Positions 60,080 to 64,000 of a DNA stretch of 64,000 nucleotides are shown piece by piece (the first letter of the stretch is position 1; each line of letters begins with the position of its first letter). The notes beneath the pieces were generated by a model. It was given only the letters and a program-made list of their open reading frames with translations. It did no database searches and was not told where the DNA came from. This stretch comes from Fistulifera solaris (lineage: Eukaryota). The stretch covers positions 744,001-808,000 of the forward strand of contig AP026144.1 of the NCBI GenBank assembly GCA_030295235.1. The letters are read 5' to 3'. The translations under genes and the position numbers were made by a program.

Positions 60080-61531
60080 ACAAAACAGCAGTGCTTCATT
60101 GCCAAAGTTCCAAGTTCAGCTTGGAGAAAGATCCAAAGACATCCAATTCAACGTTGCGTCAACACAAAGAATAAATGTGTGGACAGAATTGGACCCTCCA
60201 GAGGTTAAAGAAGCGGTATCCAACTCCCATTTCCGAACTTCATGCCAAAGAGAGTCAAAAGATCTTCTTCAGCATTGCAAAAATGCATGAAAAGTTTGTA
60301 CACTGTCCATTTTTTGCAGAAAAAGGAACCCAAATAACAACTTATGTGGTTGTTCCAACAATCTCATTACAACGTTGGAAAGGTCCTACAGAAGTCAACA
60401 AGCAAACTGGCTTTACAAGTAACACATTAATAACAAATCAAGAGTTTCAACCTGGCAGTGAACACCCAATGTTCCAGGACGTGTAATCTAAATATGTATG
60501 GAGTAGTAAACCATTTTGTAACAATAATCCAAAGCTGCAAAATATTCTGCTTTTGGCTAAATGTCAAGCTGTTCCTGCGACTGTGAAGACCTTGCCACTC
60601 TTCATTCTACTACCTCAAGGCATCACCTTGGTTAGTTCTTTTAGTTATTTGTAGTTCAGTCTTCTATTGCAACACTTGCGATGGCATTGTATCAGTTTGA
60701 TTTGTCATTGATAGACAAGTCATTGCATCCACCCATCATATTACATTCATGTTCAAACCCACTTGGATTCTTCACGCGTAGAACACCTGATGGACTTTCC
60801 TATTGAAGAGCCCTTGTGCTGGCAAAGAGAGTTGAGTTTCGTTGCATACAAAGATCTTCTACTCTTGCTTGTATTTCTCCTTTTATTAATCATTTATAGT
60901 TTTTACTACCGCTAGTCAAAAATTAATGACCCTAGCTCTTTGCACCATTGAGTACATTTTGAATGATACTAAAAACAATGTCGCAGGGGTGTATTTTTTA
61001 TTTGATTTGTAGCGGCTCAAAGCAGCAATTATCCATAGTTGATTTGGCTTTCAAAATGAGGCCAGAAGAACTGAGTAAATGGTACAAACAATTCAGTTAT
61101 GTCACTGGTTCCATTTAGTAATGCAATTTTTGCTTTCAAACTTGCTGAAGAAGGAAGGACAAGATATAGTACCTTCAGAATCTTATCATAATCAGACCTT
61201 TTTGATTTTGTGAGCAAACAGCAGTACAGCTACTAAACAAAGACTAACGCGTCCATCAAGTCATGGGTGAGAGTGTCAACGACATAATGACGAAGGGCTA
61301 GAGTCCAGAAAGATAAAATATTGGAGTACATAAGGTACTTGAGGGAAGCTACCTTAGGACTTGGGAGTGAATGTTTGACCCAAGCGCTTGTAAATTGCAG
61401 TGGCTTTTGTTTTCATCAGTAATAGGTCCCAGCTGATCAGACACTAGGTAAGGATAGTATAAATTCAATCATCCTGCTATATACTGTCTCAAGTTCAGGA
61501 CTATTCAACGTGAAATCGGAAGGATCATCAT

Positions 61532-62661
<1,130 letters not shown>

Positions 62662-63331
62662 TTATTTTTTGTGAGCGCAGTTTCGTTTTTTCGCTTCTCG
62701 TGCCCAAAGATCCAAAAATGCGAAGCGTCAAACCTTCCACTTCCACGCGACGAAGAACGTCCAAGGAAAATCTGGCAAATGCGCGAAAGATTTTCGTGAC
62801 ACAAAAACGCACCGTTGACGCTTCTCATTTTTGACACCACACTTCATCCTATACAATCCGAAGAGTATACACGTAGTAAGTACAGGGACGGAATGACGAC
62901 ACGACGTTGAGACGAACAAAGCGAAGATCGAGCGGCCATACAAAATTCCAAATTCCGTATGCTTTGTTTTACTGTCGATAAGGTTAAGGTTGTAAGGCGA
63001 CTGGGCTCGAATCTCGACTGCGAGGTGCGAGGTTGATCGTAAAACGCCTCTCAACTCTCAATCAAAACAACATGCACCTTCAATCGCAATCGATTGGATA
63101 GGATTGTGTGTAACAATATTCACAAGAAACGTAAACGAAGAAAGTAGAAGTAGCCAGTTGTCAGAGCTGACGAGAATGTCGGCTTTCAAGAGAGCCTACA
63201 CTTTCATTACACCGTGCTTCTTGCCAGGGTAGATATTACACAATTGAGAAAAAATACGCTCATTTATATGATTTACTTCTGTGGTGCAACTAATACAATC
63301 AATGCTTTTAAGTGCGCATCATTTCGTCACT

Positions 63332-63646
63332 TTAAGGGCAACCACCACATTCGAGGCGACCCAGAATGCGGAGTGAGTTCGCAACGGCGTTGCGGATGGG
63401 GGTGTTTCTCCAGCAGCGTTCTTGAGGCTCGGAGATATAGGGAACACCGTAGTAGCAAACACGGTATTCGTCATCATTGAATCCGCAAGTGAAGCTTTCA
63501 CAGTTCTCCAAGACGACTCCCAGATCACGGGCGGGGCCGACCGCCGATAGATGCGACTTGTCTTCTTCGTTAGCGGTAACAGTGTGGCTGCTGAAGCCAA
63601 CCACAGCGAGAATCAAGGCGTAGCGGATGAAAGAGAAAGACTTCAT
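63332..63646 (-). CDS. Small secreted Cys-rich protein with an RDL (RXL) pro-peptide motif
   Basis: Signal peptide MKSFSFIRYALILAVVGFSSHTVTA, then RDL, then a ~62-aa region with 6 Cys ending CGGCP. Confidence 0.7.
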   Translation of the reverse strand: MKSFSFIRYALILAVVGFSSHTVTANEEDKSHLSAVGPARDLGVVLENCESFTCGFNDDEYRVCYYGVPYISEPQERCWRNTPIRNAVANSLRILGRLECGGCP

Positions 63647-64000
63647 GATAATCTTTTGTAGGAGTAAAGAGACTGTGTGAGCTGGTTTCGAAACGATTTG
63701 GAAGCGCTGTAAATAATTGTCTCGAACGATAATTTGTGTCAACCTCGGTCGACGTTTTCACAGGAAAAAGACCATTGGCCGCCGGGATGACGCATTACCC
63801 AAGACGCATGACCTTGTGGGCGTAAAAAAGTTGGCGGAGTTGTTAAAAGTTGATAGTGAACGTTCTTTACTACTGTAGAATTCAGGTAGTAAAACATGCT
63901 ACTCGGAGTACGTGAAAATATACTGAAATACGAAAACCTACTCTATTGAGATGACGCAGGTTAAAGGCCCAAACAGATACATACCCAACTTACTACGTGG

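Overview
Gene-dense eukaryotic genomic DNA, very probably from a diatom. This is inferred from short GT-AG introns (about 65-115 nt), bipartite plastid presequences of the ASAF type, and secreted Lys/Gly/Ser-rich silaffin-like proteins with RXL motifs. About 30 protein genes are supported, including SQD2, FAD4, an Mpo1/DUF962 protein, a bZIP-like factor, an aldose/G6P 1-epimerase, BUD13, SEC11, a p24 protein, a GNAT-PhzF fusion, a large Tudor/TFIIS-M/SPOC-like protein, a GPR180/TMEM145-like protein, a kinesin-like protein, an ELM2-SANT-PHD-PDZ protein and GAPDH. Highlights: (1) a plastid-targeted peroxiredoxin-like (SelU/PRXL2 type) gene whose two ORF-track halves join through an in-frame TGA in a U-x-x-C site, with a SECIS-like hairpin in the 3' UTR; (2) a group of candidate biosilica/extracellular proteins; (3) a near full-length CRE-clade RLE non-LTR retrotransposon with an N-terminal CXC-like domain, plus dispersed copies of its 3' tail; (4) a MITE-like element; (5) an inverted segmental duplication carrying a small gene family; (6) a recurring GGTACC-type motif upstream of genes. 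Many genes carry 1-nt indels, mostly at homopolymers, which are most likely consensus-sequence errors.
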